64,000 nt of DNA from Octopus sinensis (GCF_006345805.1 NC_043006.1:82398001-82462000), one strand, 5' to 3'. Shown: positions 27,789-40,340, numbered from the stretch's first letter. Notes: generated by a model not told the origin, from the sequence alone. Program-made: numbers and translations.

Positions 27789-28074
27789 TATATGTATATA
27801 TATATGGATATATACACACGCACACACATTTATAAACCACGCAAAAATCAGGAGGTAGGAGCAATGAATATATTTATTTAACCATTTGTCATCCTGTGGA
27901 TTAAACCTGTTTCACAGGCTTTTTATGTAACTATAATTTCAGTGTATAACAAATCACACTTATATTTCTGCACTAAAATGCATTATAAAATGCAACTGTT
28001 TATTCACAAATCAACGCAAATAAAGAGAGCTAGCTCATCAGATCACATATGTGAGTGTGTGTATGTATATATCA

Positions 28075-28290
28075 CCGTGGTCACAATGCGCTTCGCATTG
28101 TTTTAGTCTTCAAATGACGCCAGGCCAACAGAAGAAAGAGTGAAAGAAAGTTGTGGCAGGTATCGCCACTACCCCCTGCTGGAGCCTCATGGAGCTTTAG
28201 GTGTTTTCGCTCAATAAGTACTCACAACGCCCGACCTGGGAATCGAAACCGCGAGTCCGCTGTCCTAACCACTGGGCCATTGCACCTCCG
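28075..28290 (-). mobile_element. tRNA-derived SINE, third family
   Basis: Minus strand ggaggtgcaatggcccagtggttagg...gtttcgattccc (A/B boxes); relatives at 35815-35935(-), 43495-43760(+), 57470-57610(-), 62420-62712(-). Confidence 0.75.
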
Positions 28291-28373
28291 TGTGTGTATA
28301 TATAAGAAAATGAAGATGTAGCATTTTATAAAAATGTATTATCTGCAAAAATCACTTTTGTCTCTTCATTGAT

Positions 28374-28795
28374 TACTCTCTTTTACTCTTTACTCTTTTA
28401 CTTGTTTCAGTCATTAGACTGCGGCCATGCTGGAGCACCGCCTTTAGTCGAGCAAATCGACCCTGGGACTTATTCTTTGTAAGCCCAGTACTTATTCTAT
28501 CGGTCTCTTTTGCCGAACCGCTAAGTGACGGGGACGTAAACACACCAGCATCGGTTGTCAAGCAATGCTAGGGGGACAAACACAGACACACAAACATATA
28601 CACACACACTTATATATATATACATATATACGACAGGCTTCTTTCAGTTTCCGTCTACCAAATCCACTCACAAGGCATTGGTCGGCCCGGGGCTATAGCA
28701 GAAGACACTTGCCCAAGATGCCACGCAGTGGGACTGAACCCGGAACCATGTGGTTGGTTAGCAAGCTACTTACCACACAGCCACTCCTGCGCCTA
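28374..28795 (-). mobile_element. CORE-type SINE, young full-length copy
   Basis: Intact head, CORE-like segment and (gagtaaaa)n tail; CpGs retained; nearly identical to 34966-35380. Confidence 0.9.
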
Positions 28796-30077
28796 TGTAT
28801 ATTTTTATTATTTTTTTAAAGTTTGTAATATTAACATATTTGTCTGCATATGTTTACTGTATGCGTATTTTAGTATTATTATTACCTGTCATGTATTTGC
28901 GTACATCATTAAAATATAAATGTATGTGTGTGTGTGAAAAGGGGGCGTATGTCTCCAAAACTTCAAAGTTGAGTAACGTTTTCATGCTTGCAATTTGTTC
29001 CAAGGAAAAGAATACCTGTAACCCATATGTTTTTGCATGCAGAATTCAAAAATAATGCCAAATCATCTGTATCACCCACAGTTTCCTTGTTCCACGATTC
29101 TCTCTCAGTTTCTGTTACGTGGGCTAATTTTCAGTTAAGCTGTTGAAATGTGAAGCTAACGGTTTAAGAAATACTCTTAATTAAAATTCTTATGAATAGA
29201 ATTAACCTAGTGAAATCATAAATCCAGCTATCTGAATCTATGAGTCTCAAAAATATATGAAATGAAAAATATGCAAAAATACTAACACACAGAAAAAGCA
29301 CAAAAAATACTAACATACTGAAGCAGAGAAAAATATGTAGTATACTAGCATACAGAAAAATTAAAACAAAACACGCGGCTAAAAAGAACCTTGTTGTGTA
29401 AAGAACAAACATAGAACAACGTACAGCACGGAGAGTGAATCACAACGCAGCGTGCGGTTGTCATGGTAACAAGCTACTAACGCCACGATTGGCTAAAATT
29501 ACCCAAATTCTCCAACTTTAATTCCAAATAACATTAGATCGTTTAATTTACGAGATAAAGTAATTGGTTGATCGTAAGCAAAATTCAGAGTTGCATTGAC
29601 ACAGCGAAATTGAAAGCAATCTTAAGCAAAATTAAAGGGAGCTCATTTGCGAATGGGAAAGACAAGACCTTGTATATATAATAAACATATATATACATAT
29701 GTTTGGGAGTGTGTACAAGTAGTGACTGTAAGTTTGTATAAGCCGGTGTGAGTGTGTGTATAAATGGTGACTATATACATAGTGTCATATAAACACATAC
29801 ATCCGTAAAAACTTTATCCTACTTCTTTTGCCAATAGTGTATATATTCAGTAAGCTTATTGTACCATTTTTACCTATTTTTTCACTTGTGCCATTTTTAC
29901 CAGTGCTATTATTACCGTCCACCACTAGAGACCATTAGGGATTATCCGAAATGCGTGAAAACTATTTCTCACGTAAAGGATAGTTTTGCTAATCAAGGGA
30001 AGTAATCCTCAGAGTTTTCTTGTCTTAATTCATCGGTTTTCTCCCAAGAAATATCTAAATGAATATATAAAAAAAAA

Positions 30078-30500
30078 ATAATAATGAAATTAGTGTATAC
30101 AGTGCTCAGGTGCACCACAACTTGTCAAAAGTGCGTATAAAGTATATGCAGTAATGTAAAAATGTCTGGAAAGCGAACAGTATATGAGTCAGATACATGC
30201 TTGCGTGTATCTGGAGGGGAGAAAATCAGGTGTAGTGTTGGCGAATCTCATGAAGCATGGAAGTTTTGAAGGATGCAGTACTCCGACAACTAACAACTGA
30301 TGCTGGCAGTTTGTGCCATGCTTCAGCAACTCTTAGCGTGAAAAAAATGTTTCCGAAAGTCATGGGAGCTGTGCTGTTTTCTGACTTTGTAAACATGTCC
30401 ACGGGTGTTAGACAGGTGGAGTTTGAAAAGGTGCACAGAGTTATTGTTAGTAAGATGGTTAATAATTTTATGAGTGTCTGCCAAGTCAACTGCCAGACAG
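30078..30500 (-). mobile_element. CR1-clade LINE 3' fragment
   Basis: Frameshifted ORF ends NTRGHVYKVRKQHSSHDFRKHFF / TLRVAEAWHKLPASVVSCRSTASFK, the CR1 ORF2 C-terminal motif. Confidence 0.85.
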
Positions 30501-30862
30501 GACAAGCAAAGGGTTAAGCTGTATTATGTATAACAGTGATTTTCGATTGGCTAAATACTCAAAATCTTCAAAATTTAAAAGCTCTTAACTTTTTTACTTA
30601 ATAATTTATGGCAAAAATGACTTTCATTTTTCATAATTAGCACACAGAACTAAATCGGTATAACCAAATTTGAAAACTCAGAGGAACAAAATTAAAAAAA
30701 AAGCAAACGAAATTTGTGACAGCAAGTGAAAAGGTCCTTTTATTTAATCATCAAAGTGTTTCAGGTGCATGTTTATAATCACCTGGTGTAAAGTTAAGAG
30801 CCAATTAATCACAACAGGCAAGGATGTAATGTATAAGACAATACTGGATAAGTTGCACCTAG

Positions 30863-31137
30863 GGATCTTTTCTTAGATAAACCCAATGTGTTTCTTAAAC
30901 GAGGGACATATTCATACGGCACAGAATGTTTTCACTTCAATAGACGTCATTGATTGGTTGAAATTGCAGAAATCGAAGAAAAAAGAACAACAAATATCTT
31001 ACAAACTATAGAATGTTCTCAATAAAGCCAGAAGAAAAAGATGTTTTATAAACACATTCTACCAGTATACGAAGTTTAAAAGTGTTTAGTTACGTGGAAA
31101 TTATTTTTAAAAACTGCCGTTCAAACCAAAAAGATCC
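30863..31137 (-). mobile_element. Internally deleted copy of the GGATCTTTT MITE family
   Basis: Reverse complement of 31618-31880; ends ggatcttttc...aaaagatcc; no TSD seen. Confidence 0.75.
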
Positions 31138-31617
31138 CCATTAAATCTTAGGGAATCACAATCAACCACATTTTATGCTGATTTCGCAAATACTCTTAAT
31201 GATGATGATATTAAGTGATGGAAAAGCAGCCATGTCGTGTTCAAAATCACACAAAATGTAAGAATTAAAAAAGAATGTAAAACGCCAAGAGGTTTTTAGG
31301 AGAAATATGGTTCTTTCTATCGTAAGAAATTATCTGTTGTTCTTCATTATTTGAATATTGCTACACACGAGATTTATCGATTGTGGAGTAAACTCATCGA
31401 TTCATTAAGGCAGTGTTGGAATAAAAGACAGGTGGATTCCTACAAACTGAAATTTGCTAAATGCTTAACTATTGCCCTCATCTACGAGACAAGTGTAATC
31501 TGTGGTCAACGGACATGCGGAATAGCTATCTCTACTTCATGGAGAGGGAATTGGGCAAAGAACTGATTGGTTGTTTTCTTCTGTAAAAAGAATGTTCAGT
31601 TCAAGATATCAATTTTT

Positions 31618-32030
31618 GGATCTTTTCGGTTTGAACGGCAGTTTTTAAAAATAATTTCCACGTAACTAAACACTTTTAAACTTCGTATACTGGTAGAATG
31701 TGTTTATAAAACTTCTTTTTCTTTTGGCTTTATTGAGAAAATTCTATAGTTTGTAAGATATTTGTTTTTTTGTTTTTTCTTCAATTTCTGCAATTTCAAC
31801 CAATCAATGACGTCTATTGAGGTGAAAACATTCTGTGCCATATGAATATGTCCCTCGTCTAAGAAACAGATTGGGTTTATTTACATTTCTGAAGAAAAAA
31901 AGATACCCTTCCCCCCACCCCAACCCTTAAAATAGATTGAAATGCAATAGATCGATACTAGTGTCATAATTATGGGTGACAATTTCATATGACACCGCTA
32001 GAAAAACTGCCGTTCAAACCGAAAAGATTC
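31618..32030. mobile_element. Merlin-like MITE with 29-bp TIRs and 8-bp TSD
   Basis: TIRs GGATCTTTTCGGTTTGAACGGCAGTTTTT / AAAAACTGCCGTTCAAACCGAAAAGATTC; TSD caattttt on both sides. Confidence 0.8.
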
Positions 32031-32225
32031 CAATTTTTTAATATTTCGCCTCCTCAATCTACGTTCTTGTTGCACAGACAAGAGTATCGAAGCAGGGGAA
32101 ACAACTCCAGTGTTAGATACCCGCTAGCTATGGCAGCTCGCCAGCAGAGAAAAAGTGTAAAAGATGCTTGAGATTGACAATGGTGACCGTCTGGAAGCCA
32201 CACCAAGGAGTGACGAGAGTTACGC

Positions 32226-32313
32226 GGTACTAGTAGCGTAGACTGGACCCGGTTTGCACCAACGCGCTGAGGCGCGTGTGCGCAAACCGGGTCCAGTCTA
32301 CGCTACTAGTACC
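32226..32313. mobile_element. Tiny palindromic MITE with GGTACT termini
   Basis: Perfect 32-bp arms ggtactagtagcgtagactggacccggtttgc / gcaaaccgggtccagtctacgctactagtacc. Confidence 0.75.
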
Positions 32314-32349
32314 CTTTAAAACCTACTGAAGAATACAACACTTTGTGAA

Positions 32350-32422
32350 GGTAAAGAATACGCACACCCGGTGTTTATGGTTAAGGTTACGCCAGAAACG
32401 GGTGGTATGCGTATTCTTTACC
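32350..32422. mobile_element. Tiny MITE with GGTAAAGAATACGCA TIRs
   Basis: ggtaaagaatacgca pairs with tgcgtattctttacc. Confidence 0.6.
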
Positions 32423-32693
32423 TCTGCCCATCACTTTTCCGTTAAAGTTTTATTATCACGCACGTCTCATGAGACGGGTGTGATAAAAAAATAAAAATTA
32501 TGGTTAATTCTCACTTTGAATTTTGTAATATCAAAACAGAATTTAGAAGATAATTATCTAATGTCTCAGACTGTTTTGATGTTCTACAGCAATTCTGTAA
32601 AATGGGATAGAAAAACGCAAAAGCAATAAAGATATAAGCTGCAGAATAATTATGAAGAATAATTGGTAAATTTTTACCAACTCGGTAAAATTT

Positions 32694-33925
32694 GGGGCTA
32701 GTGCAGTTTTACAACTCTCCTTGAAAAGTGCATTTTTTCGAAAAAAATCTTTTCAGATCTTAACGTTTTAGATGTCGGAGATTACGAATATGCAAAAAAA
32801 AACCAAAAAAAAACTACCGCCCCCTCCCCATTACGATTTTGAACTTTTTCGAAATTTTTTCCCTATGTTTTTATAATGGAGATTCCGAATATGCAAGAAT
32901 CCACGTTTTCAAAATTTAAAATTCAATAAGCATATAGATATGTGTATAATGAGATAGATAGATATGAATATCTTCCTGGGGCTAAAAACAACAGTAACAC
33001 CGTCTTCTATAGCAGTGGTCCCCAACCTTTTTCAGCCCAGGGACCGTTTTTTACTTGAAAAACTTTCTATGCTTATTCTTCTTTTATTTAACGCTGTTCT
33101 ATTTTCACACTAACATACTTATGAAAAGACAAAATAGTCTATTTACACTTTAAATTTTATTTTAGCAAACAAAAGATGAAATTTAAAATTTATTTTAGTA
33201 AACAAAGATAAACTCAAGATATCAAAATCATTTTTCATAAAGTCATTCCCTTTTAGTCTATTCAAGCTTGATATGGGTGTTCCTCACTCAATATATACTC
33301 TTACTCTTTTACTTGTTTCAATCATTTGACTGTGGACATGCTGGAGCACCGTCTTTAGTCGACCAAATCAATCCCAGGACTTATTCTTTGTAAGCATAGT
33401 ATGTATCCTATTGGTCTCTTTTGTCGAACCGCTAAGTTACGGGGACGTAAACACACCAGCATCGGTTGTCAAGTGATGTTGGGGGGGGGGGCACAACCAC
33501 ACACACACACATATATATACATATATACGACGGGCTTCTTTCAGTTTCAGCCTACCAAATCCACTCACAAGGCTTTGGTCGGTTCGAACTATAGTAGAAG
33601 ACACTTGCTCAAGGTGCCACGCAGTGGGACTGAACCCGGAACCATGTGGTTGGTAAGCAAGCTACTTACCACACAGCCACTCCTGCGCCTATATACGATT
33701 ATTTAAGGCAAACACAAGTAAAATTCAAATTCTTTTCACTTTAAAGTTTTTGTCTGTATTTAATTTCTTTAAAGTAAACAAAATCAAAAATTTAAATTTG
33801 GGCGGGTGAAAAAATTTCTTGCATATTCGTAATTTCCGATATCTAAAACGTAGGAATCCGAAAAAAATGATTTTTAAAAAAAGAAATGCATTTTTCAAGG
33901 AGAGTTGCGAAACTGCATTAGCCCC
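32694..33925. mobile_element. TIR element with nested insertions
   Basis: TIRs ggggctagtgcagttttacaactctccttgaaaa / ttttcaaggagagttgcgaaactgcattagcccc; flanks gtaaaattt / acaaaattt (possible 9-bp TSD); contains a hAT-like end at 33013 (cagtggtccccaacc) and a CORE-SINE at 33296-33690. Confidence 0.7.
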
Positions 33926-34198
33926 ACAAAATTTATTAGGAGTAGGAAGTGTAGCTTCCTCAACCAACCAAACTTTATGAATAAAAGAGAAGTGATCCCA
34001 CAATAAACAAAGCAAACTTCCTGATCTACATTTTGTACTTAAAAAATTCCGATTTCCAACTTCAAAAGTTTATCTTATAAAAATATATCTTTATTCGGTT
34101 TCTTCATTTTCTTCAAATCTTCATCAAATTACACGCTAATATTTTTTAAAAGGAAGGAATCACTGGGAAAATATAGCACCTGATATAAGTAAAAGTGC

Positions 34199-34446
34199 GG
34201 TACTGCTAGCGAACAGTGGTCCCGGTGCACGCATCCACACTAGCTAGTCATGACTAGTCGATCCTTACTTTGTTAAAAAAACTTTTTACTTTGTGTTTTT
34301 GTGTTTTATTTACTTTGTTTAACAAAAATGATTTATTTTGTGTTTTATTTACTTTGCTAGGAAGTCGTTATAGGTTCGACTAGTCACGATTAGCTCGCGC
34401 GAGTACGCGTGTGCGCGCACCGGGACCACTGTTCGCTAGTAGTACC
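34199..34446. mobile_element. Merlin/MULE-like MITE with GGTACT termini and 9-bp TSD
   Basis: ggtactgctagcgaacagtggtcccggtgc pairs with gcaccgggaccactgttcgctagtagtacc; TSD taaaagtgc / taaaaatgc. Confidence 0.75.
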
Positions 34447-34889
34447 TAAAAATGCGACTGGACGACTATGGTGGAATGCTTTCGGTCTCACGCCTGGTCC
34501 ACCACGATTACTCTGATACCAAAACCAGAAATAAAAAAGACGTAAAAAAATAAAAAGCAATAGCGTTCACAGTTACTTCCCTTAGACTATAGTGTTGACT
34601 GATTTAGTATTTGCAGTTATTCCCCTTTGAATTTTCACTCGATCTGCGAAAGAAATGTTTTCTTTTAATTTCGTAAGGAAAAATTCACCGCCAGACATTA
34701 TAAACCACAATTCTTTGGTTTATTTAAACCAGCATAACCAAGATAACGATGGGGCATCGCCTTATTTCTTTTTAGGTCAGGAAGGAACTGTGCCCATAAA
34801 TTTGGCTCACGTCATTTTGGCTTGCAACCAGACTCTGAGGAGCAAAGCCTGTTGTGACAGAGTGGAAGGGAATGCATCTTGCGGGATAC

Positions 34890-35682
34890 GGACCTTTTCG
34901 GTTTGAACGGCAGTTTTTTTAAATAATTTCCACCTAACTAAACACTTTTAAACTTCGTATACTGATACTCTTTTACTCTTTTACTTGTTTCAGTCATTTG
35001 GACTGCGGCCATGCTGGAGCACCGCCTTTAATCGAGCAACTCGACCCCAGGACTTATTCTTTTTGTAAGCCCAGTACTTATTCTATCGGTCTCTTATACC
35101 CGAACCGCTAAGTAACGGGGACATAAACACACCAGCATCGGTTGTCAAGCAATGCTAGGGGGACAAACGAGACACAAACCCACCCCCACACACACATATA
35201 TATATACATATATACGACAGGCTTCTTTCAGTTTCTGTCTACCAAATCCACTCACAAGGCATTGGTCGGCCCGGGGCTACAACAGAAGACACTTGCCCAA
35301 GATGCCACGCAGTGGGACTGAACCCGGAACCATGTGGTTGGTTAGCAAGCTACTTACCACACAGCCACTCCTGCGCCTATGGTAGAATGTGTTTATAAAA
35401 CATCTTTTTCTCTTGGCTTTATTGAGAAAATTCTATAGTTTGTAAGATATTTGTTGTTTTTTCTTCTTCAATTTCTGCAATTTCAACCAATCAGTGACGT
35501 CTATTGAGGTGCAAAACATTCTATGCCGTATGAATATGTTCCTCGTTTAAGAAACAGATTGAACCCTAACCCTAAATCTAAAACAGATTGAAATGCAATA
35601 GATCGATACTAGGGTCATAATTATGGGTGACAATTCCATTAGACACCGCTAGAAAAAACTGCCGTTCAAACCAAAAAGATCC
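34890..35682. mobile_element. Merlin-like GGATCTTTT MITE interrupted by a CORE-SINE (34966-35380, -)
   Basis: TIRs as at 31618; TSD cgggatac / tgggatac; the MITE resumes at ggtagaatgtg after the SINE. Confidence 0.8.
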
Positions 35683-35942
35683 TGGGATACAAACTGATGT
35701 TTGTTGGAAAGAGAAATGTTGCTAGTTAGCCAGAAGGATTTCTTTTAGATGTAGTCTAGGATATTGTTTGTCTTGTGCAGAGTAACAATAACTGTTAAGG
35801 TATAAAAGCAGTGGAAAAGAGCAACATAAAATGAAGAGTTTTGCTCAATAACATGACACATTGCCCGGTCCAGGAATCGAAACCACAATCTTACGATCAT
35901 TAATCCAACACCCTAACCACTAAGCCACACACCTCCACAACA

Positions 35943-36420
35943 AGGCGGCGAGCTGGCAGAAACGTTAGCACACTGGGCGAAATGCTTAGCCGTATTTCGT
36001 CTGCCGTTACATTGTGAGTTCAAATTCCGCCGACGTCGATTTTGCCTTTCATCCTTTCGGGGTCGATAAATTAAGTATCAGTTACGCACTGGGGTCGATG
36101 TAATCGACTTAATACCTATGTCTGTCCTTGTTTGTCCCCTCTATGTTTAGCCCCTTGTGGGTAATAAAGAAATAGGTATCTCGTCTGTCTTTTTGTTCTG
36201 AGTTCAAATTCCACCGAGGTCGACTTTACTTTCATCCTGTTGTGACAGAGTGGAATGGAATGCATCTTGGGGGATACAAACGGGGGTTTGAAAGACTTTG
36301 CTTTCATCCTTTCGATGTCGATAAGTTAAGTACCAGTTGCGTACTGGGGTCGATCTAACCGACTGACCCCCTCCCCAAAAACTTGAGGCCTTGTGCCTAG
36401 AGTAAAAAAAAAAAGAAAGA
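35943..36420 (+). mobile_element. Dimer-like arrangement of 'ggcgagctggcagaa' SINEs
   Basis: Full copy 35943-36175 followed directly by a 5'-truncated copy carrying a foreign insertion. Confidence 0.8.
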
Positions 36421-36423
36421 AGA

Positions 36424-36780
36424 GCAGTATTCCAATCTAGATTTCATTTGGTCTTTGTAAAGAACCAGCAACTGTTTAGGTATGAAAAATGTTCAGGTTC
36501 TAAAGAGTAGAACTAGTTTTGGGGACATAGACATTATTATTTTGTGAATGTGAGATTGTCACATTAGTGATCTTAAGGGATAGCATTTATAAGGGCTTTG
36601 CAGGTTTTAGTTGTTGGTTCTCTAAAGCTTGAGAAGATGAAGTAGAATGGTATTTCTTTGATGTGTGCATTGATTAAGATTTTGAGCTGTTAGATTTTTT
36701 TTTTTAGTTAGATCTGGATGAAAGGGCAGTACCCATGATCTTTGTAGGCCTTCAGAATCTGAGATTTAATATTCCACTAA
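36424..36780 (-). mobile_element. Decayed CR1/Jockey-group LINE RT fragment
   Basis: Minus-strand peptide PKQLLVLYKDQMKSRLEYC resembles the post-RT 'LL.LYK..VRP.LEYC' motif. Confidence 0.55.
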
Positions 36781-37675
36781 TCATCATCGTTTAATGTCCA
36801 TTTTCCATGCTAGCATGGGTTGGACGGTTCGACTGGGGTCTGGGAAGCCAGGAGGCTGCACCAGGCTTCAGTCTGATCTGGCAGTGTTTCTACAGCTGGA
36901 TGCCCTTCCTAATGTCAACCACTCCGCGAGTGTAGTGGGTGCTTTTTATGTGCCACCGGCACAGGGCCCACAGAAAGCTGGCAATGCCCACGATTGGTTG
37001 GTGCTTCTTACATGCTACCGGCATAGAAGACAGCCAAGGTGGCGCTGGCATTGGCCGCATTCGGATGGTGCTTTTTACGTGCCACCGGCAAGGGTATCAC
37101 AAATACCATTTCCGTTTGATTTTTATTTTGATGTTGATGTACTTGACTCAATTGGTCTCCTCAAGCACAGCAGGTCGCCCCCACGATCCAAGGTAAGCAC
37201 AGCAGGCTGTCCTGTGATCCAAGGTATATATATATATACGACGGGCTTCTTTCAGTTTCCGTCTACCAAATCCACTCACAAGGCGTTGGTCAGCCCGAAG
37301 CTCTAATAGAAGATACTTGCTCAAGGTGCCATGCTGTGGGACTGAACCTGGAACCATGTGGTTGGAAAGCAAGCTACTTACCATGCAGCCACTCCTGTGA
37401 CAATTCAGATATCATGAATGTTAATCTTTGTAATTATCTTCATAATCAGTCACTTTAAAAAAAATAATAAAATCAGAAATCAATTAAAACAAAGGAATTC
37501 TCACTTTTAAAAAGATTTTAAAAATCTTTTCAAAATTTATTTCAGAAGTTTATTTCTCTTTACAAAACCTAATTCTTTCCTCAGTATTACACTGGTGTAT
37601 GTATGTATATATATATGTGTGTGTATATCTAAGTATATATATATATATATGTGTGTGTGTGTTTGTGTATGTGTT

Positions 37676-37713
<38 letters not shown>

Positions 37714-38461
37714 CATACATATATATACACATATATATATATGTGTGTCTGTATATATATATATATATATACATACACACACACACACACGTATATATAT
37801 ATATATACACACACAAACAAACATACATTCATATATGTATATTATACACACACATATATAAATATATACATATACATGTAAATATGTGTAGCTGTCACTC
37901 TATTTGTTTTGCATATTGATCATAAAGTGTATCTGAAAATCCCATTGGTGATGAATTCATAATTCACCAATTTTTCTGTGGTGGCGTGAGGGATTCAACA
38001 ATCCTGTTAAGACTGCGAAGAAGTGAATGGGTTCAGATACAACTGTCTCTTTGTCCTTAGTCACTTGCAAAAGAATTACTCTAAAGATTAGCAAGTGAGA
38101 ATACCAGTCACCCTCAACTCTATTGTCCAAGATTCATAAAGTTTGACAAAGTTTTAACTTTGTAATGTTCAGTTTTTCATCTTTTTTGAGCTTATTTTTT
38201 GTATTTTCTCAATAATTTTAAAATAAATTATAAATAAAATAGAGAGGAAAAAAATAGATGAATTTTTTGCTTTTAAATAGAGAAAAAAAAAAAAAGACAG
38301 CAACCAAAATATTTGTTTATATTACGCCCCCTTGATTTTGGAACTCTTCAGAATAATTTGAGGCCTCAGCATCTTTCAGGGCTTGTGGTTAGGGTTTAGG
38401 GTAGAAATAGGAGAACAGCATTGACGTTTATTCTTTATTTTTGGTTTTTGTTATTTCATGT

Positions 38462-38697
38462 TCAAGTGGTTGCTTCCGTTTCGTAGTCGTCTTCATTATA
38501 CACTGTCTTTTCGTGGTAAGTTATCTCTTCACTTTCTTTGTCCAGAAGCAGCAGAATGCAGGCACCAGTCATGAATATAACAGCGCCCCAGCCAACACCA
38601 TAAGCCCAACCAAATTCCCATGGGACATCGTCATCTTCGGGAAGCTCACTACGGAATTTTATAGGAAAAGTAATGAGCCCGATACATCCACAGATAA
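38462..38697 (-). CDS. TMEM47: TMEM47/VAB-9-like tetraspan protein (PMP22/EMP/claudin superfamily), last coding exon
   Basis: Minus-strand acceptor ttttctgtttcag; translation (I)ICGCIGLITFPIKFRSELPEDDDVPWEFGWAYGVGWGAVIFMTGACILLLLDKESEEITYHEKTVYNEDDYETEATT*; PIKF and WEFGWAYGVGWGA..F..G...LLL.DKESEEI match invertebrate TMEM47. Confidence 0.92.
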
Positions 38698-38930
38698 CTG
38701 AAACAGAAAAGAAATAAAAATATGAATCACTTGAGGAATTCTGTAGAAATACCTAAGAAAATGAATGGTAAAAGAACAGGAAAGATGCAGTATATGCTAA
38801 TGTGTTGATCGCTTCTGCTTGGTGATGAGGCTTTTGACTTAGATAGGGAGTTAAGATCTTAACTAATGTCTTCTACATCACTAAGAGAAAAGTAGCTAAG
38901 TTATTTCACTGAAGTATTCCAGCTACTATA

Positions 38931-39295
38931 ATAATGAAATTATTGTATACAGTGCTCAGGTGCACCACAACTTGTCAAAAGTGCGTATAAAGTATATGCA
39001 GTCATGTACAAATGTCTGGACAGCGAACAGTGTATGAGTCAGATTCATACTTGCGTGTGTATGGAGGGGAGAAAATCAGGTGTAGTGTTGGTGAATCTCA
39101 GGAAGCATGGAAGTTTTGAAGGATGCAGTGCTCCGGCAACTAACAACTGATGCCGGCAGTCTGTTCCATGCTTCAGCAACTCTTAGCATGAAAAAATGTT
39201 TCCGAAAGTCATGGGAGCTGTGCTGTTTTCTGACTTTGTAAACATGTCCACGGGTGTTAGACAGGTGGAGTTTGAAAAGGTGCACAGAGTTATTG
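38931..39295 (-). mobile_element. CR1-clade LINE 3' fragment in TMEM47 intron
   Basis: ORF ...NTRGHVYKVRKQHSSHDFRKHFFMLRVAEAWNRLPASVVSCRSTASFK; near-identical to 30078-30500. Confidence 0.85.
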
Positions 39296-39498
39296 GTTGT
39301 AAGAGTTATTGTTGAACAGCCTTTAATTAGACTGTCTGTGTTTTGCACAAAGCTTGACAGGTTTTCGTATACTGATGGCAGTAGTTTTGTCAATCTCATT
39401 GGATATGTAACATGGCTGTTCTGTTGACATCAAATGCTTTAGAGGTTACAGCTGAGATGGTAGTTATGTAGTCATTGCAGATTTCCAATGCAGCAGAT

Positions 39499-39592
39499 AT
39501 ATAATTGTTGAAGAGGACAACAAACGTTATTGCATACAACTTGAGATGTTTGCCGTGCATTCATGTTTGTTGTCCTCTTTAACAATTATATA
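39499..39592. repeat. Short inverted repeat
   Basis: tataattgttgaagaggacaacaaac pairs with gtttgttgtcctctttaacaattata. Confidence 0.75.
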
Positions 39593-39671
39593 TATATATA
39601 TATATATATAATGTATATATATATATAATGTATGTGTGTATAGAGTGTTAGGTGTGATGTATCGAAGTTGA

Positions 39672-39978
39672 ATATTGAGAAAAAAAGTTGTCAGAATTTT
39701 GGAAAAAATCTGTGTGTGTATTTATTTCTTCATTAGTTTTAGTGCTTTCGTTCCTATCTCGAACTTGTCAAAAAAAATTTTGTGAATGTACAAACAGCTT
39801 GTTCATTTATATAAAACAGCAAAACCTCACCAAAACATCTGTTTTATATAAATGAACAAGCTGTTTGTACATTCACAAAAATTTTTTTGACAAGTTCGAG
39901 ATAGGAACGAAAGCACTAATAATAATGAAGAAATAAAAAGATTTTTTCCAAAATTCTGCCGACTTTTTTTCTCAATAT
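39672..39978. repeat. Long inverted repeat (~140-bp arms, ~19-nt loop)
   Basis: atattgagaaaaaaag...tatataaaacag pairs with ctgttttatata...ttttttctcaatat. Confidence 0.85.
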
Positions 39979-40231
39979 ATATATCTATCTATATCAATAT
40001 CTATCTATCTATCTATTTTTAAATGTCTTACTTTGAAAAATTGCATTCGGTGGGATAAAATTTTTGGTAGAAATGACTAATTTTCTCCCTCTTAGCGTGT
40101 GGCATGTATGTATAATAATGCCCTCTATATATAAATATATATATGTATATATATATGTATATATATGTATATATATGTATATATATGTATATATATATGT
40201 ATATATATGTATATATATATGTATATATATG

Positions 40232-40262
<31 letters not shown>

Positions 40263-40276
40263 TATATATATATTAC

Positions 40277-40310
<34 letters not shown>

Positions 40311-40340
40311 TTATATATATATATATATATTTATATATAT

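Noticed and set aside
28565-28819. Recurrent ORFs such as MLGGQTQ...GTEPGTMWLVSKLLTTQPLL
   Set aside because: Antisense translations of the CORE-SINE that recur at each copy.
29457-29495. RFX X-box-like gttgtcatggtaac plus reverse CCAAT as a promoter
   Set aside because: No adjacent first exon identified and the context looks repeat-derived.
35943-36030. tRNA-like A/B-box sequences (also about 28220-28290 and 43495-43565)
   Set aside because: SINE heads that continue into SINE bodies with no complete cloverleaf.
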